From Basidiobolus meristosporus CBS 931.73 (taxonomy: Eukaryota > Fungi > Basidiobolomycota), in the NCBI GenBank assembly GCA_002104905.1, contig MCFE01000682.1, forward strand, positions 1-46,323: 46,323 nucleotides of DNA. The letters are read 5' to 3'. A program made the translations under genes and the position numbers. Numbering within the stretch: position 1 is the first letter of the stretch; every line of letters starts with the position of its first letter. Positions 1-12,312 of the stretch are shown one piece after another. The notes under the pieces are model-generated. The model was not told where the DNA came from, searched no databases, and was given only the letters and a program-made list of their open reading frames with translations.

Positions 1-727
1 TAGTAAAGAATTCTTGTCTCAGTAACATTTTCTTAGCAGCTGAACATGACTGGTAGGTGTCTTCTAATGCCTTCCAGGCATTCTTTGCTGTTTTTGCTCT
101 TGAGCATTGAATTAGCAATTTGTCTTTGACATTAAGGCAAATGCAGTTAAAGGCACTTTGTTCTTTCTTCTGGTACTTTAAGGCTTCCTCTCCCACGTTT
201 TTAGGAGGACATTCTTCTCCCATGACAATATCCCAAAGGCCTCTTTCTTGTGGCAGCATCTTCATCATCACCTTCAACACTTGATAGTTTGATCCATCCA
301 ACTTTTCAGCAGAGGGAGAAATTCCAGTAATAGCAGTAGTCAACATTGCAGAGAGTGACAGCTTGGGGCTCATAACCTGTTGTAAGAGTCTTGGAGATAT
401 TGGAAGTGATTGGGAGGACAAGTAGATTAATGTGGTTTTCACTTGATGATATATTGAATGTAAAAGTAGTATTTATACCTTTACCTGGTCTTGGCATTAC
501 AAACACATAGAATAGATTAAGGAAGGTCCCAAGAACATGTGTGCAAAGTTTGGTGCTGTTTGGACAACTTTGAGAATTTTCATGTTCTGGGTACCTGGTA
601 TTTTGGTGAAAATATTCTAAGTAAATCCCAACAAGAAATTTGGTCAGTATTCTCTAGGATTTGAAGGTGATGATATAAGTGACCAAGTTAGGTGAATATT
701 TAGGTGGAAATACAAATTTTTACAACA
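1..727 (-). mobile_element. Ty1/Copia LTR retrotransposon, 5' end (5' LTR 378-727, PBS 366-377, gag running off the left edge)
   Basis: 350-bp LTR bounded by TGTTGTAA...TTACAACA and closely matching LTRs at 41287, 43109 and 43988. Adjacent PBS reads GGTTATGAGCCC on the minus strand, followed by gag (EKLDGSNYQV.KVMMKMLPQERGLWDIV). Confidence 0.92.
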
Positions 728-1500
728 GGGAGATGGGAAGACAAGTCAAGCTGCAGATACTACCATATCCCAATCTCATCAAGAATATTACTTTCAAGTC
801 TGTCATAGATGTGATGAGTTGGCACATGGAAGACAGCCAGGCAGAGTTGGCAAATACTGAGGACAAATGTGCACATGGAGACACCTATGCCAATGGCATT
901 AAGAAGCTAAGCAGCCCCACTGTGTGGGTAATCAGTTAAGTAATGCAAAGTTGAATTGGGTGCAACAAGCAACCAATTCTTGTTAGGAAAACTCTACCAA
1001 GGTATGCCGGATTTCTCTTGGTCACAAGCCAACTACTACACCATTCAGTATGGAATTCACACAAACAAGAGCCCAACTGCACATATACAGGGAACTAGAA
1101 TCCTGCAGGGAGAAGGAATATATTGGTTCAATACCAAAAAGCTCTTTGCAGATATTCTGGAGGTATTCATGGCACAAGTGGCAACAACCAAGCATATAAT
1201 TGCAAGATGTATATGTTATCAGCAGTACAAGGTAAATGACAACTTTGCAAGTATCACACTAAAAGGCCATAAAGTTGAGGTGATAGAAGTATGTCAATTG
1301 CAGCAGGTGTGTGCATTTGTAGAGGTTGCCAAGCAGGAGGCCATAGTTTTTTTTTGATTAAAACTATATGTGGAATACCCAAGGTAGTGGTGGGTAAGCA
1401 AATAAAGAGGGGTAACTATACAGTGGAATATATGAATTACACAAGGGGAGGTAGAAAAAGGAAATATTATTTGGTAAATTGGTACAGTAGCATTATACAG
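728..1500 (+). mobile_element. Degenerate Ty3/Gypsy-like integrase remnant (tentative)
   Basis: Broken frames contain a zinc-finger-like segment (KHIIARCICYQQYK, resembling the Cys-x2-Cys end of the integrase HHCC finger) and a downstream GIPKVVVG segment resembling the integrase core. Confidence 0.4.
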
Positions 1501-1809
1501 AACCAGCTTTAGACCATTATACTGCCAATATAATGCCATCAGATTCTTGCTGTGAGGCCATCAAAATACTGTGAAGTTTCTTGCCATATAGGGCAATTGG
1601 ATGTCCTGGCCAGTTGGATCCACTTAAAATGGTTGTAGAGCACAAAAAGACTGCAACACTACCATGCAATTATAGTCACAGCACCAATCAAATCTTGTCC
1701 AGTTTATGCCTTTATTTGGTAGCAAAATTAGCAAAACACTGTTGTGATCCTGTTATAAGATTGTTAAGAGGGTCAGTAATTCCAAGCTGCTGGTATTATG
1801 ATGGTCTCT

Positions 1810-2844
1810 AAGCAGTATCCTGACAGTCAATCTGGATCAGATCCACCTGCGGGACCAAATTATTTTCATAGGGCTCATTGGCACTTGATTTTCTTAATTC
1901 TACATCCAGGAACCATCCATATATGAAATTTGAGGTCAAATCTTCAGTTCTGGACTCTAGGGCTGATACAAGGCCCTGAAACTTGTCTGTCAGGCTATTC
2001 AGGATGGTTACTATCACATCCTCATCAGTAGTTTGTACACCTACAGACTCCAGCTCATCCACCAGCTGGTGATTCTGTTAATTAGATTTTTTATTTCTTC
2101 TCCTGACAGCATCTTTGTAGTAAAGAATTTTTGTCTCAGAAACATTTTCTTAGCAGCTGAACATGACTGGTAGGTGTCTTCTAATGCCTTCCAGGCATTC
2201 TTTGCCGTTTTTGCTCTTAAGAATTGAATTAGCAATTTGTCTTTGACATTAAGGCAAATGCAGTTAAAGGCACTTTGTTCTTTCTTCTGGTACTTTAAGG
2301 CTTCCTCTCCCACATTTTTAGGAGGACATTCTTCTCCCATGACAATATCCAAAGGCCTCTTTCTTGTGGCAGCATCTTCATCTTCACCTTCCACACTTGG
2401 TAGTTAGATCCATCCAACTTTTCAACAGAGGGAAAAATAGCAGTGATAGCAGTAGTAGACATTGCAGAGAGTGACAGCTTGGGGCTTGTAACCTGCTGTA
2501 AAAGTCTTGGAGACATTGGAAGTGATTGGGAGGACAAGTAGATTATGTGGTTTTCACTTGATGATATATTGAATGTAAAAGTAGTATTTATACTTTTACA
2601 TGGTCTTGGCATAACAAACACATAGAATAGGCTAAGAAAGGTTCCAAGAGCATGTGTGCAAAGCTTGGGGCTGTTTGGGTAACTTTAAGAATTTTCATGT
2701 TCTGGGTACCTGGTATTTTTGGTGAAAATATTCCAAGCAAATCCCAACAAGGAATTTGGTCAGTATTTTCTAGGATTTTAAGGTAATGATCTAAGTGACT
2801 AAGTTAGGTAAATATTTAGGTGGAAATTACAAATATTTACAACA
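1810..2844 (-). mobile_element. Degenerate Copia copy: 5' LTR 2494-2844, mutated PBS, frameshifted gag
   Basis: LTR homologous to 378-727. ORFs 2295-2621, 2041-2394 and 1808-2062 are successive out-of-frame pieces of the same gag seen at 43489. The left boundary is approximate. Confidence 0.88.
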
Positions 2845-2885
2845 GTAGCACCAGCTGAAGACCAGGGCATATGGGAACTAGTGAA

Positions 2886-3041
2886 TAGACTTGTCCCATT
2901 GGAGAGTGCCACATTGAACTATGAGTCCCAAATAGTGCCATAGTGTGCCAGAGAGGTATTGCACACCTATACTTGGCCACACAATGTGGCATTATTTGGC
3001 ACTCATGGCTCAATGTGGCACTATCCTACAGAACAAGTCTA
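2886..3041. mobile_element. Small MITE-like inverted-repeat element, TA at both ends
   Basis: Left arm tagacttgtcccattggagagtgccacattgaactatgagtcccaaatagtgcca pairs with the reverse complement of the right arm (tagacttgttctgtaggatagtgccacattgagccatgagtgccaaataatgcca) over ~60 bp. Confidence 0.7.
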
Positions 3042-3535
3042 ATGAACAATGACATAAAGCTGTAGGGATCCTGCAAAAGTCATGGAGGAAGAGTGTTACT
3101 AGCCAAGTGAGTGGTTGGGCTTAATTGTAATGTTAGGTATAGGGACTTGTTTAGGTCAGTACAATTAGGCAGTCAAGTCACAAGTGACAATTGAACAGAA
3201 ACAAACCAATTTGTATGAATGAAAAGTAAGAGCATTGTCTGAGTCAGGAAGTATGGAGTGTGAAACAGGAGCAATAGCAAATCAATGTGCACAAGCATTG
3301 GAGGTGATTGAGTGTCCAGGATCACAAAGTGAGAGAATTGGCAGGGAATCAATCAAAAGCCACTCATGAATTGTTATAATGATAAATTTTGACTTTGTTT
3401 TTTGTGAAGTCTGGGGTGCAATTTTTTAATGGTTTTTGCATGGTGTCCTTACTCCATCAATACCTCATATTCATGGGATTAATATTCTGTAGTAACCATT
3501 TGACAGGATCATCATGAGTTATTTTTCATAGGGGT

Positions 3536-4840
3536 GGCTTCCCTTGTTACTTCTGAGGTTTACTTGGATAGTTCTCTGTTCAGCTGCATCAAGAGCTCTA
3601 CTGTCTCTCCATGAAAACCTTGTTGAATGAAATTGCTTGATATTGGGTAGAAAATTCTTCTCAGTCATTGAAGTGTGGAGATGCTTTGGAGTCAATATAT
3701 TACATCTGAGAATCCTTGTATGCTGTTATGCTGGAAACCAATATGAATATTTTATCTTGAGTGGTTGCAGCACTTCTATGTTTGGGCCTTTTGTGCTGAT
3801 TATCTCTGACCTTGAAGCACTGGTCAGATTTGTGTCCTTTCCTTTTACAGTGGCTGCAACAAAGGATCCAGTTGCCTCTAAAGGGTCTTCAGCACCTACT
3901 TTTGTGGCTATTGCTTCTCATTCAGAGCATCTTCTTCTTCCTTCTGGACTGGCACTTCATCTACTGAGTTCCTCATCCAAGAGCCTTCTATACATGTAAC
4001 TCAAAGTTCAATTCTCCAGATATGGACTCTAGGACTGATACAAGACCCTGAAACTAGTCTGTCAGGCAACTCAGGAGGGTATTTCCATGAACCAACATGA
4101 TGATACAGCTTGGTCATTTTTTCATTGCTTCTACTAAGAGCTTCTTTATGGTAAAAAATATTTGCATAAAATACATTTCCTTAGCATCTGAACATGACTA
4201 ATAGGTATCTTCTAGTGCCTTCATGGCATTTGTTGCCATTTAGATCATAAGCATTGAATTAGCAATTTGTCTTTAACATTAAGGCCTCCTCTCCTATATC
4301 TTTAGGTGAGCATTCATCTCCCAAAACAATACCTCAAAGGCCTCTTTCATGTAATAACATCTTCATCCTCATCTTCACTTTCCAGACTTTGTAGATAGAT
4401 CCAGCTAACTCCTCAGCAGAGGGGAAAATTCCAACAATGGCAGTAGTGGACCTTGCAGAGAGTAACTGCTTGGGGCTCATAGCCTGCCAAAAGAGTTTTT
4501 GGGGATTTTGGAAGTGATTGAGAGAGCATGTAGATTATGTAGATTATATGGTTTTTGCCTGATGGGTATTTAATATAAAGCGGTTTTATACTATCCCATG
4601 GTCTTGGCAGGACAAGTGTGTATACTATGCTTGGGAAGGTCCCAAGAGTATGTGCACAAAGTTTGGGGATGCTTGAACAACTATGGGATTTCTAATGTTG
4701 TGGGTACCTGATATTCTGGTGAGAATATTTGGAGTAAATCCCAAGCAAGGGGTTTGGTCAGAGTTCTCTAAGATTTGTAGGTATAGATCTAAGTGACCGA
4801 GTTAGGTAAATATTCAGGGGTAATCACAAGATTCATAACA
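3536..4840 (-). mobile_element. Old, highly diverged Copia copy (LTR ~4485-4840, gag and protease remnants)
   Basis: Diverged LTR, PBS remnant (rc of GGCTATGAGCCCC), and minus-strand remnant AYKDSQM*YIDSKASPHF matching the protease region at ~42200. Confidence 0.8.
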
Positions 4841-5857
4841 CATTTGACACCAACTTGTCATATCAACAAAGTATACAGTACTATCAGGCACCAGGACCAT
4901 TGGCACAATGGAGCAGGTCTATTCTCTTTGCAGGTGGCAAGCTCTCATAGAATACTGTTCAGTGGAAATAGCAACCATGGTTTTGGTCCAAATTTGAAGC
5001 TTCTCACCAGTAAATCATATAGATATTGATAAAGATCGATGTTGGAAATGTTTGATTGGGGCCAATTTGGGCAAACAATTCGAGTGGCCGTATCCAATCA
5101 GATTGGAGCAGAAGCTACTCAACCAGCTTTCATTACGAGTTGGCTTATAGTTGCAGAGCAGGATTTCTAGTGCAAGTATAAATACGTCTAGCCAAAATCC
5201 CCGGCAATACTCCATGCCCATCGAAACAACGCATTTTCTTACAACACCATATGGACATACAGAACATGGATGGTTCAACTTGCCCTGATCAAGTCCCTAA
5301 ACATTGTTTTCGAGTGTGGCCACGTGAACAACACTGGTCCGAGACTTCGACAACACTACATGGTCAGTACTTGATGGTTGGTTTGCCACGAGCTCAATCC
5401 TGTCAAATAGGTGAAGTGCACGATGTCCAAAAGAATCAGTCACGCCAAGCAAAGGATGAGGTCAATGAATGCGCACAATCGATGCATAACAAACTCCATG
5501 CAGCTAATTGTTGACCGGACTTGATTCTGGCCAATGGAGCCCGTCCAGAATTCCTCAATGATGCACCCGCACTTGTGCAACGTTCTATCCGTTCCCTGTA
5601 CCACATCCGGCCATTGTTTGGGCTTCTTTTGGGGCCGTCAGCTAGGATCAGGGTATTCCACCCACTTTTTTCCTATTATTCGCAGGTTCGGAGGTTTTTT
5701 TGCTGAGGCTCCCTGATAAACCCGGTGTTTCTGTGACGAAAGACTTCACCAGCCCCTTTCTTCAACCCTTAGAGTAGCTCACCGACACTTCTCCACCTCC
5801 ACCTCCACCTCCCCTCCAGCCCGCCACTTTGTACAACCATTCCACACGACGCCATAA

Positions 5858-7049
5858 ATGCCAAACTACTTCGGGAATTTCAACGACATATGTCGTATCG
5901 TCCCATTGACAGTCTGTCCGTTGTTGGGGAATAATGGGAATGGGATAGAGGCACAATGCTACGCACGTAACTTCGAGTTTTCTGGACACTACTTTTTCGA
6001 GTTCGGTAAGTCGCCACGGCTGAGGTTGGGGTGGCCTGCAAAGCTCGTACTTACTTTCCCTCTGTAGCCGCTGTGGTGATATACATAGCCGCCATTGTGA
6101 TGGCCGTCATCATGATCTACCACATAAAGACCAAATACACCGCCGTTGGTAATTCCTCCGACTGACTGCTCTGCCACCGTGCACCTGCTAACCCCTTGAT
6201 AGGCCGCAAGGAGATGGCGTTCTTCTTCTATCTCTACTTTCTCACCACCCTTCTGGAGATGTTGCTGGTGTCCGGGGCGATTCCCATCGTGTCGAACCTC
6301 TATCCTGTAAGTGTCCTCGCCTGCACCGTTTGAGGCCAGCAGTGGTAACGCCATTCTATTCGCACAGTGGTTCGCGGCCGCACACGTTGGTCTTCTGAGC
6401 GCATCGGTATGGTGCCTGTTGATGAATGGCTTCGTCGGCTTCCAGATCTATGAGGACGGGACCGCACTATCTCTCTGGGTAAGTTTGATTCCTGATTCGG
6501 TCGATGGCCAGCCGATGCTCATCCAAGCCACCCTGTAGCTACTCCGACTATCCACCCTATTTGTCCTGGGCGGGGTGTATTTTGTGGCCATCGCCACCTT
6601 CAAAAACATCACCGGATTCTTCGGGCCCACCAAACAGCTTATGCTGTGGATCTTCTACTTCGTATTCAACGGGGCAGCCATCCTGATCTACTTCCTGATG
6701 CAGCTCGTGCTGGTCTTCAAGACTCTGGATGACAGATGGCCTTTAGGTAAGTTTGACTGCTGCTGCAGGGCACGCGGGACCAGCCTGACATTTCCTTTCC
6801 CTAGGGGACATCCTCTTTGCGTTTGCATTCTTTGTGATCGGGCAGCTGTGCCTGTACGTCCTTTCCAAGGATATCTGCGTGTATGTCAGCCATTACATCG
6901 ACGGGATGTTCTTCGGAGTGCTGTGTTCGCTACTGGGAGTGATGATGGTCTACAAGTACTGGGACTCCATCACCAAGGAGGACCTTGAGTTCAGCGTAGG
7001 GAGCAAGAATGTTCAGTGGGATTACAAGGGGACCAACTACTCCTACTAG
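5858..7049 (+). CDS. CHS7: Chitin synthase export chaperone Chs7 (6 exons)
   Basis: Spliced product has hallmark segments HIKTKYTAVGRKEM, LMNGFVGFQIYEDGT, LVFKTLDDRWPLGD, HYIDGMFFG and YKYWDSITKEDLEFSVG. Canonical GTAAGT...YAG introns (first 6006-6067). Confidence 0.95.
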
Positions 7050-7453
7050 ACCAGCCTGCCCTCTCGCCCTCAATACCTCCCTCCTACATTAAGTAATATT
7101 TTTGCCCGCTCTGTACACAATCGGCTCCATGTATGACGCTACTATTCCTCTAATAAACTATCCCGTAAGTGCCGCGCGAGCATCACGGAGGCTGTCAAGC
7201 GCGTGTGATGGTGATCATCAATTGGAGATAAATATAATCGTTGATCAAAATCTTGCTTATCAATGGATGTTGCACTGATTAAAAGCTTAGCATATGATTA
7301 TCTGATAAATAAGACCTGACAAATCGGTGTGTGACAGACCTATCACAATACTTCCTATTAGCCCCGTATTATCATGGGGCAGGGAAAGCCACTTGAATTC
7401 GCTTTCTTAACTCACAACGAGGGCTCACTTCTTACCCATTCGCTTCGTCCAGT

Positions 7454-8262
7454 ATGGCCAAATCAGCAGTTCTTGAGCTCGTCAGGGCATCCATCGCGGG
7501 TCCCAACCCCAACCTTGACCGTCTCGTCAAACTGTTCTCCACTTTCCGAGGCAATGACAAAGTTCTTATGGTTCGTGGTGGGGTTTTCCCTTCTCTAACA
7601 AGCCCCGCAAACTAACTTGCTTCCCATTCAGTTGATTCAATACACCTGCAAAATCTTGGTGGCCTACTTCAACTACCGCAAAAAACCCGGCCTCGCCACC
7701 CGTTTTGCCAACCTCGGTGGACCCACCGCTGACTTCCGTATTCTCCTCCGTTACTCCGGACTCGTCCCAATGCTTCAGGCAATCTTGGCGGTCGAGAGAA
7801 GCCCACCAGCTTCGCGAACTCTACTCTGGGTGGAGAGGCTTCAGAATTTAAGCATGGTGATCTATTACCCTCTAGAGCATATCTACTGGCTGGGTGCACA
7901 CAACGTCATCCCTCTTTCCACAGAAAAGACCAACAAGATCAGTCTCTGGTCGTGCCGCTTCTGGGCTGCATACGTCGTCCTGCAGTTCATCCACAGCTAC
8001 GAGGAATATCGTCTCTGGAACGTCAAGCGTATCGGTTTGTTGAAGAAGTCCGGCGAAGACTCCGTCGACCCCAACGAAATGGAAGCCTTGATGGCCGAGA
8101 AGCGCAGCATCAAAGATGTGGCATATCGTGAACACCGCTTACTTCCCCATGACTTTGCATTGGTCTCTAGAGAAATCGCCAATCCCCGAATGGTTCATCG
8201 GTGTTTGTGGTGTAGTCGCTGGCCTATACCAGCTCCAATTTGCCTGGGAATCCACAGCCTGA
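7454..8262 (+). CDS. PEX11: Peroxisomal membrane protein, Pex11 family (1 intron; apparent +1 frameshift near 8112-8115)
   Basis: MAKSAVLELV...FRGNDKVLM|LIQYTCK, YYPLEHIYWLG, SLWSCRFWAAYVVLQF. The expected C-terminus (IVNTAYFPMTLHWSLEKS...AWESTA*) lies in the +1 frame from 8116 to TGA 8260-8262. Confidence 0.85.
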
Positions 8263-8690
8263 TCGGTGATTTATCCGCGCCAGTGCAACTTGGCCGTATT
8301 CCCATAGAAACCATTCAAATGTCACCTTTAATAGCCATTATGTATTAAACCCTCATATAACCAAGTATTTCGTGCATAAAGCCAGGTTATTTCCATCACA
8401 ATAAAGCTCGATGTTCTGGGAAAATCACGCGCTCGTTCCATGAATGTACCCACACTCACACTCACACTCCCACCTCTCCCTAGTTGATGGGGAATTCTCG
8501 GTAATTTTCCAGGATTGCCAATGGATCAGATTGATCAGGAATCCAGGAAATCGTGGAAAATTTTACTCGGAAAATATAGTCGCAGAAGATAAACAAATCT
8601 GGTTAGTTTTTCTTGGGTAAACGATACAAGACCTTTGGGTGAATTTCCTACCTGTATCTGTTCCTGGTACACGTACACCGCACTCGCAAA

Positions 8691-10603
8691 ATGGATCCTT
8701 ACGCAGCACAAGCCGCATACCATCCAGCCGCCATGGGTATGGCCCAAGATGAAAGCTTCAAAAGCCTGTATGTTGGAAACCTCGATCCTAGAGTGACTGA
8801 TTACATGCTTTGGGAGATCTTCGCCACCGTCGGACAAGTCATCAGCATCAAGATCATTCCCGACAAGAGTGTAAGTTCCCCTTGATTCTGTGACCACCTC
8901 CGTTTGTTCTGCCGGCGGGGATTTGTGTACATTGGGTCAATGCGGTTTTGGAAGCGATGGTCGCATAGGTTGTTTTACTACGATACCAATAACCCAACTG
9001 ATGCACGTCTTTCTTAAGCTCTAGTCACATACAAAGGGCTAGGTTCAACTGGATGTTGAGTTGTATGCTTAGAGTAGGCACTTTTTTCCTCTCGTACCGA
9101 TCGAATCCAACACAACCCACCATTTCACCAACACTACCACCCAACCCACTCGTCAACACGCTGCTTACCGCATTTATATTGTTGTTTTAGTATGCTCACG
9201 GTGGCCTGAACTATGGTTTTGTCGAGTACATTGACCACTACTCCGCCGATCAAGCTTTGCAGACCCTGAATGGCCGAAAGATCTTCACCTCCGAAATCCG
9301 AGTTAACTGGGCATTTGCAGGCGCCAACGCTCATAAGGAAGACACATCAAGTCAGTCACCAAGCTTCCGGGAGTCCTGGACCAGATTCGCTAACCACTCA
9401 TATCTCTATAGGCCACTACCATGTTTTCGTCGGTGACCTAAGTCCTGAGGTGAACGATCAAGTACTAGCCAAAGCATTCAGCGCCTTTGGCAGCATGTCG
9501 TATGTGCAGTTTACACCAAGCATGTTGGGTCAGTCGAGATGCTAAATGAATCCTGTAGTGATGCCCGTGTTATGTGGGATATGAACTCCGGAAAGTCGAG
9601 GGGATACGGATTTGTTGCGTTCAGAGAAAAGGCTGTATGTGGATTTCGATGGGACATGGCCGTTGCCAAACGACGCTAACTAATGAGTTTCCTTCCTTAG
9701 GATGCTGATCAAGCCATCAACACGATGAACGGTACGTATCACCTCATACGTCTTGTGTTTTGAAGGGCCCACCTCATCCAGATTTGCGATTCTAGGCGAA
9801 TGGCTAGGCAGCCGAGCCATCAGATGCAATTGGGCTAACCAGAAAGGCGTGGCCTCCACCCCCGCACCAAGCTCCACGCCACGTTAGTATACTCTATCAC
9901 TGAGTGGGTCAAGTTCATTTTACTGATCTCGGCCTTTTGCAGCTGCCACATCCTACAAACAAAGCATGACTTATGAGACGGTCGTTGCTCAGAGTCCCCA
10001 GCACAACACCACCATCTACGCAGGAAACCTGGCCCCCTATACCACCCGTGAGTATCCACGAAGGCGTATCGACTAAGCTCCCGACTGACCCCCATCTGTT
10101 TCGTATTTCCAGAGGAGCAGCTCTACCCAATATTCCAACAGTATGGCTATATCATCGACATTCGCATGCAGGTTGATCGTGGCTTCGCCTTCGTCAAGCT
10201 GGACACCCATGAGAACGCCGCCATGGCCATTGTTTCTCTTCATGGGGCTGTGGTCAACGGCAGACCGCTGAAGTGCTCCTGGGGGAAAGACAAGCCCTCT
10301 GATAGCACATCCACCCCCTCATACCCTCAGCAAAACTACGGCTACATGGCACCGATGTACTCCATGTACCAGCCACAAGCCTATCATGCTGACGCTGCTG
10401 CTGATCCAAATGGCCAAGCTGCTCCAGGCTGGGATGGCTATGCAATGTACGATCCCTATGCGCAATACTACGGCGCCTACGGGGCCCCGGCTGCCTATGG
10501 CGCCGTCAACACAGACCCCAACGCCCCCTCACCTGCCGCTACCAACGCAACGCAACCCGCCAGCGCTAACGGGGAGGTGGGCGCGCGATCCGCTAATCAG
10601 TAA
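8691..10603 (+). CDS. PUB1: Triple-RRM poly(U)/poly(A) RNA-binding protein, Pub1/TIA-1 family (multi-exon)
   Basis: RRM1 (LYVGNL, YGFVEY, IRVNWA), RRM2 ([33 protein letters not shown]), RRM3 ([25 protein letters not shown]) and a Q/Y/P-rich low-complexity tail. Exons join in frame through canonical splice sites. Confidence 0.92.
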
Positions 10604-11027
10604 GAATAAAGCAGGTGGGAAGCGAGTATAGTTTGTCCATGTACATTATTGCAAGAAGTCCATCCTATGCAATGGTAGAGGCGTCAATCGAAATAAAGTT
10701 GGACCCAATCTTGCTTACATAAACCACATATCCAGCCAGAGCTAAACAGGGATGCCACCCGTTTAAATAGGAGTTGAACGGGAATGGAAATAGGACAGGA
10801 GCGGATTTCCGGGGTGTGGTCCCTACCCGAAAAATCGAATCAACAAAAGCGATCCACCTGAATCGAAGGTCCCTCCTTTCCTAGTTGGCAGCAAACCTTC
10901 TGTATCACGGTAATTCATTCAATTCGATTCAATGCGTCCCCTCACCTAGGAACCGAATGCTAATCCACACTTCTCATCCATCCATCCATCCGCCCCTAGC
11001 CCGTTTTACATAAGGCACAACATCGCA

Positions 11028-11624
11028 ATGGCTCTTCCCGCTGAAGTTTCTCAATCCGAAAGCATCTTGCTTTTCAACAAGTGGTCCTACGAGGATCTTG
11101 AGATCAAGGACATCTCCTTGACTGATTATCTCCAGATCAGAAGCCCCGTGTACCTGCCCCACACCGCCGGTAGATACGCTACCAAGAAGTTCCGCAAGGC
11201 TCAGTGCCCCATTGTCGAGCGTATGACCAACTCCCTCATGATGCACGGTCGTAACAACGGCAAGAAGCTCATGGCCGTCCGCATCGTCAAGCACGCCTTC
11301 GAGATCATCAACCTTCTCACCGACCAGAACCCCCTCCAAGTCCTCATCGACGCCATCATCAACTCCGGTCCTCGTGAAGACTCCACCCGTATTGGAAGCT
11401 CTGGTACCGTCCGTAGACAAGCTGTCGATGTTTCTCCCTTGAGAAGAGTCAACCAAGCCATTCACCTCTTGACCACTGGTACTCGTGAGTCTGCCTTCAG
11501 AAACGTCAAGACCATCGCCGAATGCTTGGCTGATGAGCTTATCAACGCCGCCAAGGGATCCTCCAACAGCTATGCTATCAAGAAGAAGGACGAGCTTGAG
11601 CGTGTTGCCAAGAGCAACCGTTAG
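11028..11624 (+). CDS. RPS5: 40S ribosomal protein S5 (uS7)
   Basis: [40 protein letters not shown] and [10 protein letters not shown]; single coding exon. Confidence 0.98.
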   Translation: MALPAEVSQSESILLFNKWSYEDLEIKDISLTDYLQIRSPVYLPHTAGRYATKKFRKAQCPIVERMTNSLMMHGRNNGKKLMAVRIVKHAFEIINLLTDQNPLQVLIDAIINSGPREDSTRIGSSGTVRRQAVDVSPLRRVNQAIHLLTTGTRESAFRNVKTIAECLADELINAAKGSSNSYAIKKKDELERVAKSNR

Positions 11625-12312
11625 TGGTCACTTGTGGTGTATTTGGGCCCAGCAAACAATAAATTTCCATTTAGAGGTCAACTTCACATGGGATAGCGTC
11701 GGGGAATTATTGGGTTTATTTAAGGTGGTCGGTTTGGATCCATCAGGGATCGGGGGGAAGCATGAAGGAGGCATGATTGTTGCTGTGTCATCCAGGTTTG
11801 CGATCGCGGGCAAGGCGATAATTGATTGGAGCAGAGTAGGATGATTGATGAAACCGGTCGTGCTTTCGAAATAAATATGCATCATTTTGTATCATCCGTG
11901 AAATACCATTGTTTTGATGGGGATTACCGTTCTCTGACGGAGGGATTTGTCGGGGAGGGAATCCCGTGATTTAATCGCCTTGATTTCTAATTGAATTCCG
12001 CATTTTCAGTTCGCCCATCTCATTTGTTGCGAAGCACCATTCACTGACGCTTGCTCACCACTTGGTTATCTTCACCACATTAATTCAGTTTGTTCACTCT
12101 GGAAGCAGAAGTGGCTACCTACTACCTAGTTCACACCCCACCTGGCATTCCATACCGCTGCTTTTCTCTCCTATCTAACCCCCACCAGTCCATTCGGCTT
12201 CTTTTTGCCCCCCGCCTGCTTTGATTCCCTTACCTCAGACAAATACCTTTCGGTTTTCCTCCACTATACACTAGCGTTACTTTACCTTTGTTAGCCATAC
12301 GAAAGTTTGATA

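Noticed and set aside
4841-5760. ORFs of 60-87 aa upstream of CHS7
   Set aside because: No recognisable motif or consistent splicing; transition zone between TE debris and promoter.
11028-11624. Intronless RPS5 as a possible retrocopy
   Set aside because: Intact frame, strong codon bias and a normal upstream region; no poly(A) remnant or TSD.
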